Source: Armatimonadota bacterium (GTDB lineage: Bacteria > Armatimonadota > SYMT01). Taken from it: a DNA stretch of 49,902 nucleotides. The stretch lies in the NCBI GenBank assembly GCA_046292385.1, contig JBKBRF010000049.1:1-49902 (forward strand). Reading direction: 5' to 3'. Under the pieces are notes generated by a model. The model searched no databases, was not told the DNA's origin, and worked only from the letters and a program-made list of their open reading frames with translations. The position numbers and the translations under genes are program-made. This document shows, in pieces, positions 8,220 through 18,484 of the stretch (the first letter of the stretch is position 1; every line of letters begins with the position of its first letter).

Positions 8220-9524
8220 TCACTCCTCTCCCGCCGCGCTCACCAGCACCTTGTCGACGTGCAGGCCGTCCATGTCGACCACCTCGAAGCGGAAGCCGTC
8301 CCACTCGAAGGCGTCGCCGGCGCCGGGGATGCGGCCCAGCCGGGTCGACATCAGACCGGAAAGGGTGCTGTAATCGGCCTGCTGCTCTTCCGGGAGGTCC
8401 TTCAGGTCGAGCAGCGCCTTCAGATCTTCGATCGGCAGCGCGCCGTCGAGCAGCCACGAGCCGTCCTGCCGCCGCGCGACCATCGGCTCGGTCTCCGGCC
8501 CCTCGCCCGGCATCTCGCCGACGATCGCCTCCAGCAGGTCGGTCAGGGTGATCACCCCGTGGGTGCCGCCGTGCTCGTCGATCGCCACCGCGATGTGCGT
8601 CCGGTGCGCGCGGAACTGCTCCAGCAGGTGCACCGCCCGTGCGCTCTCCGGGACGAAGAGCGCGGGCTGCAGCACCTCTTCGAGGGAGAGCGGCCTCCCC
8701 TCCAGCGCCTGCGCCAGGAGGTCGCGCGTATGGACCACTCCCACCACGTGATCGGGGCCCCGCTCGCAGACGATGAGGCGCGTGTGGCGCTCTTCCAGGA
8801 TGCGGCGGCGGATCGTCTCCGGGTCGGCGGTGATGTCGAGCCACACCATCTCCCGCCGGGGGACGGAGAGCGGTCCCACCCGCCGGTCCATGAGCAGGAA
8901 GACGCGGTCGACCATCGTCTGCTCCGCCTCTTCGAACACCCCGGCCGCGGTGCCCTGGCGCAGCAGGAGGCGCAGCTCCTCTTCCGTAACGGGCGTCTCC
9001 TCTCGCTCCTGGATGCCGAGCACGCGCGTCACCAGCTCCGTGGAGCGGCTCAGCAGCGTCACCAGCGGCGCGGTGAGGCGGGAGAGCCGGTACATCGGCG
9101 CGGCGACCCGTGCCGCGATCCTCTCCGGGTCGTTCAGCGCGATCCGCTTCGGCGCCAGCTCCCCGATGATCAGCGAAAAGTAGGTGGTGAGCACCACCAC
9201 GATGCCGAACGCCAGCGGCCCGGCGTACGGCGCCAGCGGCGGGAAGTTATCCAGCCACCTCGCCAGGGGCTGCGACAGGGTGGCCCCGCTGAAGGCGCCG
9301 GTGAAGATGCCGACCAGCGTGATGCCGATCTGGACGGTGGAGAGGAACTCCTCCGGCGAGCTGGCCAGCTCCAGCGCCCGCTTCGCGCCCTCGTTCCCCG
9401 CCTCGGCCAACTGGTGCAGCCGGGCCCGCCGGGAGGAGACGACCGCAATCTCGGAGAGCGCGAAGACGCCGTTCGCAACGAGCAAGACAAAGACGAGCAG
9501 GATCTCGAACACGACGCCGGGCAT
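8220..9524 (-). CDS. HlyC/CorC (CNNM, hemolysin-family) transporter: DUF21-CBS-CorC
   Basis: NGVFALSEIAVVSSRR, STVQIGITL, IIGELAPKRIAL, DEHGGTHGVITLTDLLEAIVGE; ATG 9524 with GGAGG RBS. Confidence 0.92.
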   Translation of the reverse strand: MPGVVFEILLVFVLLVANGVFALSEIAVVSSRRARLHQLAEAGNEGAKRALELASSPEEFLSTVQIGITLVGIFTGAFSGATLSQPLARWLDNFPPLAPYAGPLAFGIVVVLTTYFSLIIGELAPKRIALNDPERIAARVAAPMYRLSRLTAPLVTLLSRSTELVTRVLGIQEREETPVTEEELRLLLRQGTAAGVFEEAEQTMVDRVFLLMDRRVGPLSVPRREMVWLDITADPETIRRRILEERHTRLIVCERGPDHVVGVVHTRDLLAQALEGRPLSLEEVLQPALFVPESARAVHLLEQFRAHRTHIAVAIDEHGGTHGVITLTDLLEAIVGEMPGEGPETEPMVARRQDGSWLLDGALPIEDLKALLDLKDLPEEQQADYSTLSGLMSTRLGRIPGAGDAFEWDGFRFEVVDMDGLHVDKVLVSAAGEE

Positions 9525-9550
9525 GGGCAGCGGAACCTCCGGAAGGCGGT

Positions 9551-9735
9551 CTTCCGACACAGGGGGACACAGGAAAGCCGACGAGAGAAGCACAGCATGC
9601 GCTTCTCTGACTGACGGCCCTCCAGCAGTGGTGCCATGCCTGGAAGGCAAGCACGCTCCAACAGACAGCACTCCGGCTCGACAGGTTTCCTTCTGTGTCC
9701 CCTTCTGCCAGTTCTGTGTCCTCTCTGTGTCGAAG
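9551..9735. repeat. Inverted repeat with GACACAG-based tandem-repeat arms
   Basis: 9551-9575 CTTCCGACACAGGGGGACACAGGA versus 9712-9735 TTCTGTGTCCTCTCTGTGTCGAAG; extra TTCTGTGTCC at 9691. Confidence 0.7.
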
Positions 9736-9748
9736 AGAGAGCCAGGAT

Positions 9749-10765
9749 CTACGCCGCCAGCCGGGTCATCTCGGCCCCGCCGTCTTCGCTAGCCGCTTCC
9801 GACTCCTGCGGGTCTTCCGCTTCTTCCCGCTTCGGCTCCCGGCGGCGGACCAGCAGAACCGAGTGCTCCGCCGTCTTCAGCAGCCGGTCCGCCACGCTCC
9901 CCAGGACCAGCCCCTCGATCAGAGAGGCGCCCCGCGCGCCGGCGACCACCAGGTCCGCCTTCCCTTCCTGCGCGAGCTGGAGCAGCTCGTGCGCCGGGTC
10001 CCCCTCCCGCACCACGCAGGCGGGCTTCCGCCCCGCCCGCGCCAGCGGCTGCGCGGCCCGGTGGAGCAGCTCCACCGCTTCCAGGCGCTGCTGCTGCTGG
10101 ACCTCCACCGTGATCTCCTCCAGCATCCCCAGGTACTCCGGCGTGAGCGCTACGTACGGGTAGTAGGGACGGGTGACGTGGCAAAGGGTGATCCGGCACT
10201 CCGGCGGCAGCGGCAGCCGCGCCAGCAGCTCCACCGCCTCCGCCGCATGCTCGGAGCCGTCGACCGCCGCCACCACGTGCCGCAGGTCGTGCCGGAGCGG
10301 GCGCGCTACCAGCACCGGAATCGGCGCGTGCTTCGCCACGTTGCGAGAGACGCTTCCGAGCAGGAACTCCCCCAGCCCGGAAAGCCCGTGCGAGCCGAGC
10401 AGCAGGAGGTCGACCGGCTCCTCTTCGGCCGCCGCCAGGATCTCCGCCGCCGCGGCGCCCATGCGCGCTTCCGGCACCACCGCCACTCCGGCCCGCCGCA
10501 GCGGCGCGCCGGCTGCCTCCGCCGTGCGGGTGGCCCACTCCAGCTCCGCGCGCCGCACCGGCTCCGGCAGGTGCCAGTCGAGCCCGGAGACCACGGTGAG
10601 GATCCGGATGGTGCTGCCGGCGGGCAGCGGCAGGCGCTGGAGCAGCGCCCCGGCGGTCGCGGCCTCTTCGGACCCGTCCGTCGCGTAGAGCACGCGCAGC
10701 GGCGGGGCGGCAGCGGACGCGGTCGAGAGGATGACGGCGCGTTGATCGGAAGGCGTCTGGGCCAT
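9749..10765 (-). CDS. Tandem universal stress protein (two USP domains)
   Basis: Two copies of the VxxDGS...GSHG/GARG...LGSV pattern. Confidence 0.92.
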   Translation of the reverse strand: MAQTPSDQRAVILSTASAAAPPLRVLYATDGSEEAATAGALLQRLPLPAGSTIRILTVVSGLDWHLPEPVRRAELEWATRTAEAAGAPLRRAGVAVVPEARMGAAAAEILAAAEEEPVDLLLLGSHGLSGLGEFLLGSVSRNVAKHAPIPVLVARPLRHDLRHVVAAVDGSEHAAEAVELLARLPLPPECRITLCHVTRPYYPYVALTPEYLGMLEEITVEVQQQQRLEAVELLHRAAQPLARAGRKPACVVREGDPAHELLQLAQEGKADLVVAGARGASLIEGLVLGSVADRLLKTAEHSVLLVRRREPKREEAEDPQESEAASEDGGAEMTRLAA

Positions 10766-11022
10766 GGATGCTTCTCCAGAAAACGAGGCTCGCGGCAGCC
10801 GCAGCGCGATCCGGCTCCGCCGGCGGGAACCGGGACGGTCGGCCGGACCGGAGTACTCAAGCAGGACGGGAGATAGCCGGCCGAGCGTCGCACACGCCTG
10901 CTTGCCGCGGGCGCGATCGGCCCCACGCCGCCGCCGCCCGCAACTCGCAACAACCCGCCAAAGTTCTGACTGGACACGACCGACCCGCGAGAGGAATCCT
11001 GATCTATCAGGAGATTTGCGTT

Positions 11023-11802
11023 ATGCAGCTTGACCTCAGCCGGATCCGCCTCGCCCACCTGCCGCTTGCGGCCCGCGTCGTCATCAGCGGGTTCGTGGTG
11101 GTGGCGCTCACCGGATATCTGATCGCCCTACTTAATATGTACCTGACGTACGCCAACGCGGACGGCAAACCGGGCCTGACTCCCGCGGACCTGGAGAAGA
11201 AGCTGCGGGGCGACCGGACGAATACCAAGCTGGAGGCGGCTCTCAACGGCACGATGGGGCAGTACCTGAAGACGCCCGAGGAGAAGCAGCAGATCGTGGG
11301 CTGGATCCACGCGGGGGCGATGGAGGCGGACTTCGCCCGCGTGCAGCCGGTGCTGCAGAAGAACTGCGTGAGCTGCCACAGCTCCTCCGGCGCGGCCAGC
11401 TTCCGCCCGCTCACCAGCTTCCGCGAAGTCTCCGTCGTGGCGCAGGTCGACACCGGCGAGTCGCTCGCCACTTTCGCGCGAGTGGCCCACACGCATCTCC
11501 AGTCGCTGGCGCTCATCTACTTCGGGCTCGGCATCCTCTTCGCGTTCTGCGGCCTGCCGGAGAAGCTGAAGGCGGTCTTCGTCGCCACGCCGTTCCTCGC
11601 ACTGGTGCTCGACTTCGGCGCGCGCGGCCTCGCCCGCTTCTGGCCGGAGATGATCTATCCGATGATGGCGGGCGGCGGCATCGCCGGCATGGCGACCACC
11701 CTGATGGCCGCCGGCATCCTGTGGGAGGTCTGGTTCGCCGGCCGGCAGAAGCACAAGCCCATGCCGGAGCCGCTGCCGGAGCCGGTCCCCGCCTCCGGTT
11801 AG
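11023..11802 (+). CDS. Membrane-anchored monoheme c-type cytochrome-like protein
   Basis: One N-terminal TM, periplasmic CVSCH heme motif, HTH segment, three C-terminal TMs; ATG 11023 after AGGAG. Confidence 0.75.
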   Translation: MQLDLSRIRLAHLPLAARVVISGFVVVALTGYLIALLNMYLTYANADGKPGLTPADLEKKLRGDRTNTKLEAALNGTMGQYLKTPEEKQQIVGWIHAGAMEADFARVQPVLQKNCVSCHSSSGAASFRPLTSFREVSVVAQVDTGESLATFARVAHTHLQSLALIYFGLGILFAFCGLPEKLKAVFVATPFLALVLDFGARGLARFWPEMIYPMMAGGGIAGMATTLMAAGILWEVWFAGRQKHKPMPEPLPEPVPASG

Positions 11803-11913
11803 TCCGCCGGGCTCCTCCTCATCGACGGGCGTCTGGATGCCCGAGGAGCGAGGAGCGGAGAGATCGCCGGAGGTTTGACCTCCGGCGGACCCAATTCGCG
11901 GAGGGGAAGAGGT

Positions 11914-12092
11914 AGATCGCCGGCAGTCAACTGCCGGCGGAGCCAATCCGCGGCGCTCACTCCGCAGCGCCCTTGCTTCCGGAGCGCGGAAGGTTCCGCC
12001 GCCCCTCCGGGGCGGATCTGTTGGGCCGGCGTGAGTCCGGGGGCTGCGCTGCGCTCGCACCCCGGCTATCGTCTCGCGCCCCTCCGGGGCGC
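11914..12092 (+). repeat. ~175-bp REP-like composite repeat, copy 1
   Basis: GATCGCCGGCAGTYRACTGCCGGCGGAGCCAATCCGCGG...GCCCCTCCGGGGCG, similar to copies near 18.1-18.5 kb and 49.3-49.7 kb; degenerate first module at ~11861-11902. Confidence 0.9.
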
Positions 12093-12119
12093 CGTCCCCG
12101 CCGTCCCCGCCATGCGCCG

Positions 12120-12217
12120 CTCTCCGTCCCGCCGTCTCTCCGTCTCTCCGTCTCTCCGTCTCCGAAGGTCTCTCCGCCTCTCCGTCCCTCCGTCCCCGAA
12201 GGTCTCTCCGTCTCCGC
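12120..12217 (+). repeat. Octamer tandem array (CTCTCCGT)n
   Basis: Visible imperfect 8-nt periodicity. Confidence 0.85.
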
Positions 12218-12224
12218 CAGGCAG

Positions 12225-12776
12225 CTACCGCACTACCTGCTCCACCACCAGGCCCGCGAGGAACGCGGCGGCTCCCGCCAGGCCGCCGACGGCGAGCATC
12301 TCCAGGCCACCCTTCCACCACCGCTGCCCGGTCACTACCGTCCGCAGGGCGCCCACCGCAAAGAGCGCAGCCAGGGTCACTGCGGCGGCGGTGGGGAAGG
12401 CGTGTCGTGCCGGGATTGGCGCCATGAACGGCAGCAGCGGGAGCAGCCCCGCCAGCACGAAAGCCCCCCAGGTGACGCCGCCGTGCCGCGCTGCGTGGAC
12501 GGTTTCATCCCAGTCGGGAAGCGCCTCCACGGCCTCCGCCGCCCGCTCCGACTTGATGCCGAGGTAGTTCCCCAGCGCCATCGAGAGCCCGTCCGCGGCC
12601 AGGTTGGCGAAGCCGAGGACCAGGACCACCGTGGCGGAGAGGCCCGCCCCCCGCACGCCGGCCACTACTGCGAAGGTGGTTACCAGCCCGTCGTTGGCGG
12701 CGTAGACCATGTCGCGAATGTAGTGGCGCGCGAAGGCGCGGGCCGTGCGGTCTTCCGGCTCGTGGGGGATCGACAT
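12225..12776 (-). CDS. VIT1/CCC1-family Fe/Mn transporter
   Basis: [40 protein letters not shown]. Confidence 0.9.
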   Translation of the reverse strand: MSIPHEPEDRTARAFARHYIRDMVYAANDGLVTTFAVVAGVRGAGLSATVVLVLGFANLAADGLSMALGNYLGIKSERAAEAVEALPDWDETVHAARHGGVTWGAFVLAGLLPLLPFMAPIPARHAFPTAAAVTLAALFAVGALRTVVTGQRWWKGGLEMLAVGGLAGAAAFLAGLVVEQVVR

Positions 12777-12880
12777 GACAGGTCAGTATTCCCTTCCAGA
12801 TACGAGACGGCCCGACGGGATGGTTGAGGGAGGCGCTGCCCGGGAACCCTGGAGTCCGGAGCGCGCGGAGACGGAGATCC

Positions 12881-14797
12881 ATGGAGCATTCAACGGCGCG
12901 GAGCTGGCGCGAGCGCTATGCCGAGAAGCGGGTCACCGCGGAGCAGGCGGTGCGGTGCGTGGGCCGGGGACAGCGGGTCTTCGTCGGCTCCGGGGCCGCG
13001 GAGCCGCAGGCGCTGGTGGCGGCGCTGACGGCGCGGGCGGAAGAGCTGGCGGATACGGAGATCCTCCACATCCTCACGCTGGGCATCGCGCCCTACTCGG
13101 AGGCGCGGTACGGCGACGCCTTCCGGCACAACGCGCTCTTCATCGGACCGAACGTCCGCTCCGCCGTGGCGGAGGGCCGGGCGGACTACACCCCGGTCTT
13201 TCTCTCGGAGATCCCGCGCCTGCTCCGCTCCGGGCGGATGCCGATCGACGTGGCGCTGATCCAGGTGAGCCCGCCGGATGCCCACGGGTTCTGCAGCTAC
13301 GGCGTCTCCGTCGACGTGGTGAAGGCGGGAGCGGAGAGCGCGGAGCTGGTGATCGCGGAGGTGAACCCGCGCATGCCGCGGACGCTCGGCGACAGCTTCC
13401 TTCACGTGAGCCGGATCGCCTGGCTGGTGGAGAATGACGCGCCGCTCCTCGAGTCGCAGCCGGCGCCGCCGGACGAGGTGGCGATCGCCATCGGGCGGCA
13501 GGTTGCGGAGCTGGTGGAGGACGGCTCCACCCTCCAGCTCGGCATCGGCGCCATTCCCAACGCGGTCCTCCACCAGCTCCAGGGCAAGCGCGACCTGGGC
13601 GTGCACACGGAGATGCTCTCCGACGGCGTGATCGACCTGATCGAATCCGGCGTCATCACCTGTTCCCGCAAGACGCTGCTCCCCGGCAAGGTGGTCACCA
13701 GCTTCTGCATGGGCAGCCGGCGGCTCTACGACTACGTGCACGACAACCCGCGCTTCGAGTTCCGGCCGACCGAGTTCACCAACGACCCCGGCACCATCGC
13801 CCGGAACGCGCGCATGGTCGCCGTTAACTCCGCCATAGAGGTCGATCTCACCGGCCAGGTCTGCTCGGACAGCATGGGCTCGCGCTTCTACAGCGGGATC
13901 GGCGGGCAGGTCGACTTCATCCGCGGCGCGGCCCGGTCGGAGGGCGGCAAGCCGATCATCGTGCTCCGCTCCACCGCGAAGGGCGGCACCGTCAGCCGGA
14001 TCGTGCCGCAGCTCCGGGACGGCGCCGGGGTGGTGACGACGCGGGGGGACGTCCACTACGTGGTGACCGAATACGGGGTGGCGGACCTCTGGGGCAAAAG
14101 CGTGCGCGAGCGGGCGATGGCGCTGATCTCGATCGCGCATCCCCAGTTCCGCGAGGAGCTGCTGCGGGCGGCGAAGGAGCGGAGCCTGGTCTATCCGGAC
14201 CAGATCCTGCGAGCGGCGGAGTACCCCGTAGAATGGGTCCGCACCGTCCGCCTTCGCGGCGGCGAGGCGATCCGGCTGCGCCCCGCCCGCCCCACCGACG
14301 AGCCGCTGCTGAAGGAGCTGTTCTACGACAGCTCCGAAGAGACGCTCTACCACCGCTACTTCCGGCTGATCCGCACGGCGCCGCATGCCATGCTGCAGCA
14401 GGTCGTGAATCCGGACTACGAGACGGAAATGGCGGTGGTCGCCACCGACCAGATCGACGACCGCGAGCGGCTGCTGGCGGTCGGGCGCTACGTGGTCGAC
14501 CCCGCCACCCGCCTGGCGGACGTCGCGTTCATGGTGCTCGACCCGTTCCAGGGGAAAGGGATCGGCACGGAGCTGCTGCGGTATCTGATGGAGATCGCGA
14601 AGACGGCCGGCCTGCAAGGGTTCACGGCAGACGTGCTGGCCGACAACCTGCGCATGCTCCACGTCTTCCACAAGAGCGGCCGTCCCCTGCGCACCACCCT
14701 GGCGGAAGGCGTCTACCACCTGGAGCTCCGCTTCGCGGAGAACGGGTCGGAATCCGGGAGCAGTGCGACGCCGAATTCGGGGAATACTACAAGCTGA
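12881..14797 (+). CDS. Acetyl-CoA hydrolase/CoA-transferase fused to a C-terminal GNAT domain
   Basis: TLQLGIGAIPNAV, DLGVHTEM, SGIGGQVDFIRGA, VVTEYG; C-terminal FQGKGIGTELL; ATG 12881. Confidence 0.92.
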   Translation: MEHSTARSWRERYAEKRVTAEQAVRCVGRGQRVFVGSGAAEPQALVAALTARAEELADTEILHILTLGIAPYSEARYGDAFRHNALFIGPNVRSAVAEGRADYTPVFLSEIPRLLRSGRMPIDVALIQVSPPDAHGFCSYGVSVDVVKAGAESAELVIAEVNPRMPRTLGDSFLHVSRIAWLVENDAPLLESQPAPPDEVAIAIGRQVAELVEDGSTLQLGIGAIPNAVLHQLQGKRDLGVHTEMLSDGVIDLIESGVITCSRKTLLPGKVVTSFCMGSRRLYDYVHDNPRFEFRPTEFTNDPGTIARNARMVAVNSAIEVDLTGQVCSDSMGSRFYSGIGGQVDFIRGAARSEGGKPIIVLRSTAKGGTVSRIVPQLRDGAGVVTTRGDVHYVVTEYGVADLWGKSVRERAMALISIAHPQFREELLRAAKERSLVYPDQILRAAEYPVEWVRTVRLRGGEAIRLRPARPTDEPLLKELFYDSSEETLYHRYFRLIRTAPHAMLQQVVNPDYETEMAVVATDQIDDRERLLAVGRYVVDPATRLADVAFMVLDPFQGKGIGTELLRYLMEIAKTAGLQGFTADVLADNLRMLHVFHKSGRPLRTTLAEGVYHLELRFAENGSESGSSATPNSGNTTS

Positions 14798-14829
14798 GGG
14801 CGGCTCTGACCCGCCCCGGAGGTGGTGCC

Positions 14830-14943
14830 ATGCTGGACCTACGGACCCACCCGATCGCGGAGCGGCACGCGGTCTGGATGACGACCCTCTTCGTGATCCT
14901 CGTCGTGCTGCTGACGCTCCTCTCGGCGCCGCCGCTGCAGTAG
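14830..14943 (+). CDS. Putative 37-aa single-pass membrane peptide
   Basis: GGAGGTGG RBS, ATG 14830, MLDLRTHPIAERHAVWMTTLFVILVVLLTLLSAPPLQ; GC-rich third positions. Confidence 0.55.
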   Translation: MLDLRTHPIAERHAVWMTTLFVILVVLLTLLSAPPLQ

Positions 14944-15040
14944 AGAGCGGCCCCGCGCCCGCCTGACCGGGCTCCCGGAGCCCCTCAGGCGGGCCTCCCT
15001 CGGCTTGGAGGCGTCCCGCCAATTAGACCGCCGCGCGCGG

Positions 15041-15069
15041 TTGCGTCTGCTCAGGGCGAAACCTATAAT
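15041..15069 (+). promoter_or_regulatory. Sigma70-type promoter of the pilus operon
   Basis: TTGCGT-17 nt-TATAAT, 82 nt upstream of the pilB ATG. Confidence 0.75.
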
Positions 15070-15151
15070 TCTGGATGGTGCGCCCCGGCAGTAATTTGCA
15101 GAGGCGTTCCGCCCTCCCCGCTCTGACTTCGGCCCGGCTGACGCGCGCACT

Positions 15152-16867
15152 ATGAACCTCGAAGCCACCGCCAAGCCTGTCGACATCCTGGTAGCCGAGC
15201 GGCTGCTGCAGACCGGGGCGATCAACCGCACGCAGTTCGACCAGGGGATCGAGAACTACACCCGCACCAGCCGCTTTATCGGCGACACCCTGATCGACAT
15301 CGGCGCCGTCTCGGCGGAGCAGGTGGGCCAGGCGCTGGAAGAGATCTACCAGGTGCCGTTCGTCGACCTGGTCGACGTGACCCCGGAGCCGGCCGCCATC
15401 GCGCTCCTGCCGGAAGAGTTCGCCCGGCAGAAGAGCGTGGTCCCGCTCCGCAAGATCGGCAGCCGCCTGGAGGTGGCGCTCACCGACCCGCTCGATCTCG
15501 ACCTGCTCGACGAGATCGCGCTGCGCACCAACTGTCACGTCCTGCCGCGCATCTCGCTGCCGCGGGAGATCCTGCGCTCCATCAACCAGGAGTACGACGC
15601 GCGCGTCCGCGCTACCGCCGCCATCCAGGCGCTGCAATCAAGCTCCGACGCCTCCGACTCGGTCTCGGATCTCGACCTCTCCAGCCAGGTCCAGGCGGCC
15701 CCGCTGATCCGGCTGGTCGACTCGCTGCTGCAGGCGGCGATCGGTGCCCAGGCGAGCGACATCCACTTCGAGCCCCAGGCCGACTCGCTGCGCGTGCGGT
15801 TCCGGATCGACGGCGTGCTGTCGGAGCAGGCGGTCATTCCCAAGAACCAGCAGGCCGCCGTCCTCTCCCGGCTCAAGCTGATGTGCCACATGGACATCGC
15901 CGAGAACCGGAAGCCGCAGGACGGCCGCATGAGCTTCGACGACCACGGCCGCGGCTACGACCTGCGCGCCTCCACCATGCCGACTCTCCACGGAGAGAAG
16001 ATGGTGCTCCGGATCCTGGACAAGTCGTCGATCCTCGTGCCGCTGGAGCGCCTCGGCTTCCTGCCGGACCAGCTCGAGGGGTGGCGCAGCATGATCCACC
16101 GGCCGCACGGGCTGATCCTGGTGGTGGGCCCCACCGGCTGCGGGAAGACGACCACGCTCTACGCCTCGCTGAACGCGGTCAACCAGACGGCGCAGAACAT
16201 CACCACGATCGAAGATCCGGTGGAGTACTTCATCCCCGGCATCAACCAGACTCAGGTGAACCCGCGCGCCGGCATCACCTTCGCCAACGGGCTCCGCGCG
16301 CTGCTGCGGCAGGACCCGGACGTGATCATGGTCGGAGAGATCCGCGATGAAGAGACGGCGGAGATCGCGGTCCAGGCGGCGCTCACCGGCCACCTGGTGC
16401 TCTCCACCATCCACACCAACAGCGCCTCCGGCACCATCGCCCGCCTCGCGAACATGGGGATCGACCCGTTCCTCATCGCCTCCGCGCTGGCCGGCATCAG
16501 CTCCCAGCGCCTGGTGGGCCGCGTCTGCCCGCACTGCGCGGAGGAGTACGAGCCGGAGCCGGAAGTGCTGGAGCGGCTCGGCGTGCCGCCGGAATACGTG
16601 CGAGACTGGCACTTCCGGCGGGGAGTCGGCTGCCGCACCTGCCTCAACCGCGGCTACCTGGGGCGCATCGGCCTCTACGAAGTGCTGCTGACCGACGACC
16701 GCCTGCGCCAGCTGATCATGCGCAACGCCAGCGCCGGCGAGCTGGAGGCGGCGGCGATGGACTCCGGCATGCGTCCCCTCGCGGAGAGCGCCTGGGACGC
16801 CGTGCGCAAGGGGCTGACTACCGTGGCGGAAGTGGCGCGCGTGGTGCTGATGCAGGAGAAGCACTAG
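15152..16867 (+). CDS. pilB: Type IV pilus/T2SS assembly ATPase (PilB/GspE)
   Basis: ASDIHFEP, Walker A GPTGCGKTTT, LRQDPDVIMVGEIRD, TGHLVLSTIH, CPHC...CRTC. Confidence 0.93.
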   Translation: MNLEATAKPVDILVAERLLQTGAINRTQFDQGIENYTRTSRFIGDTLIDIGAVSAEQVGQALEEIYQVPFVDLVDVTPEPAAIALLPEEFARQKSVVPLRKIGSRLEVALTDPLDLDLLDEIALRTNCHVLPRISLPREILRSINQEYDARVRATAAIQALQSSSDASDSVSDLDLSSQVQAAPLIRLVDSLLQAAIGAQASDIHFEPQADSLRVRFRIDGVLSEQAVIPKNQQAAVLSRLKLMCHMDIAENRKPQDGRMSFDDHGRGYDLRASTMPTLHGEKMVLRILDKSSILVPLERLGFLPDQLEGWRSMIHRPHGLILVVGPTGCGKTTTLYASLNAVNQTAQNITTIEDPVEYFIPGINQTQVNPRAGITFANGLRALLRQDPDVIMVGEIRDEETAEIAVQAALTGHLVLSTIHTNSASGTIARLANMGIDPFLIASALAGISSQRLVGRVCPHCAEEYEPEPEVLERLGVPPEYVRDWHFRRGVGCRTCLNRGYLGRIGLYEVLLTDDRLRQLIMRNASAGELEAAAMDSGMRPLAESAWDAVRKGLTTVAEVARVVLMQEKH

Positions 16868-18076
16868 ATGCCCACCTACAAGTACCGGGCCCGGGACCGC
16901 TCCGGCCGGCTGGTGAGCGGCGCCGCGATCTTCGAGGGCGAAGAAGAGGCCCGCGCCTTCCTCCGCGCCAACAAGCTGATGGCGCTGGAGCTGAAAGAAG
17001 AGCAGCAGCGCGGCCGCAGCAGTGCGAACTGGCTGCGGCGCTTCCAGCGGATCGACCTGACCCCGGTCATCCGGCAGCTCGCCATCATGCTGCGCACCGG
17101 CGTGCCGCTGGACCGCACCTTCGACGTGCTGTTGGACCAGGACCACCATCCGCGCCTGGCCGACGCGCTGCGCCAGGTCACGCGAGACGTGCGCGCCGGC
17201 GCCGCCCTTTCGGAGGCGCTGCAGCGGCACCCGCACGTCTTTCCGGAGATGCTGGTTTCGCTGGCGAGGGCCGGCGAGACCGGCGGCGTGCTCGACGTGA
17301 GCCTGAGCGAGGCGGCGCGCCAGATGGGCTGGCAGCGAGAGCTGCGCCAGAAGCTGATGACCGCCCTCTCCTACCCCGTTTTCGTCCTGGTGATGGCGGG
17401 CGGCATGGTTACCGTGATGCTCACCGTGGTGGTGCCCCGCTTTGCCAAGCTCTACGCCTCGGCAGACCAGGCCCTGCCGCTGCCCACCCAGCTCCTGCTC
17501 CAGGCGAGCAACCTGCTGGTGAAGCGCACCCCGATCGTCCTGCTGATCGGAGCGGCGATCGTCTGGGCGGCAAAGCGCTGGATCGAGACCCCCGCCGGAC
17601 GGCGGAAGGTCGACGAGATCAAGCTGAAGCTCCCGATCCTCGGCGGCACCATCCGCAAGATCGCGGTGGCGAACTTCTGCCGCACGCTCGCCCTGCTGCT
17701 CGACGCGGGCGTGCCGATCCTGCAGGCGCTGCGCGTGGCCGCGAACTCCAGCGGCAGTGCCGTCATCCAGGACGCGGTGATGGATATCAGCGAGGAAGTG
17801 ACCCGCGGCCACCTGCTGGCGCAGCCGCTCCAGCGGTGCGGCGAGTTTCCTCCGCTGGTAACGCGGCTCGTCTCCGTGGGGGAGATCACCGGCGTGCTGC
17901 CGGACGTGCTGCGGGAAGTGGTAACCGTCTACACCCAGGAGGTGGACGAGGAGTTCAAGCGCGCCATGAGCATGATGGAGCCGCTCCTGATGCTCTTCCT
18001 CTCCGCGGTGGTCGGCGGCCTGCTCGTCGCCCTCTACATGCCGATTCTCCAGATCTCCACCCTGGCCGGTAGGTAG
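16868..18076 (+). CDS. pilC: Inner-membrane platform protein (PilC/GspF)
   Basis: Two T2SSF domains (RQLAIMLRTGVPL; CRTLALLLDAGVPI), ALSYP, MMEPLL, ALYMPI. Confidence 0.93.
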   Translation: MPTYKYRARDRSGRLVSGAAIFEGEEEARAFLRANKLMALELKEEQQRGRSSANWLRRFQRIDLTPVIRQLAIMLRTGVPLDRTFDVLLDQDHHPRLADALRQVTRDVRAGAALSEALQRHPHVFPEMLVSLARAGETGGVLDVSLSEAARQMGWQRELRQKLMTALSYPVFVLVMAGGMVTVMLTVVVPRFAKLYASADQALPLPTQLLLQASNLLVKRTPIVLLIGAAIVWAAKRWIETPAGRRKVDEIKLKLPILGGTIRKIAVANFCRTLALLLDAGVPILQALRVAANSSGSAVIQDAVMDISEEVTRGHLLAQPLQRCGEFPPLVTRLVSVGEITGVLPDVLREVVTVYTQEVDEEFKRAMSMMEPLLMLFLSAVVGGLLVALYMPILQISTLAGR

Positions 18077-18088
18077 GCGTCCCACTCG

Positions 18089-18460
18089 AATCGCCGGCGA
18101 GTGCGGGCGGAGCCGACCCGCGGCGCTCACTCCGCACCACCCGTGCTTCCGGATCGCGGAAGGTTCCGCCGCCCCTCCTCCAGGGCGGGACGTGGCGGCG
18201 GCTCCGAATCCGGGGGCTGCGCTGCGCTGACCCCCGGCTATCCTCTCGCGCCCCTCCGGGGCGCGGGGAGAGATCGATCGCTGGGATCGCCGGCAGTTGA
18301 CTGCGGGCGGAGCCAATCCGCGGAGCTCACTCCGCACCGCAATTCCCAAGGAGCGTGCGTAGCTCCGCCGCCCCTCCAGGGCGGATCTGTTGGGCCGGCG
18401 TGAGTCCGGAGGCTGCGCTGCGCTTGCACCCCGGCTATCGTCTCGCGCCCCTCCGGGGCG
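18089..18460 (+). repeat. ~175-bp REP-like composite repeat, copies 2 and 3 in tandem
   Basis: Units ~18089-18263 and ~18285-18460 match copy 1 and the 49-kb pair. Confidence 0.9.
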
Positions 18461-18484
18461 ACATCCCCGCCATGCTCGCTGCGC

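Noticed and set aside
10997..11012. FNR/CRP box
   Set aside because: Half-site spacing is 2 nt rather than the 4 nt of TTGAT-N4-ATCAA; kept only as an unassigned palindrome.
11875..12567. ORFs crossing the composite repeats (also 18101-18662 and 49154-49813)
   Set aside because: Their similar peptides (SPAVNCRRSQSA) simply reflect the DNA repeat; no RBS or coding signal.
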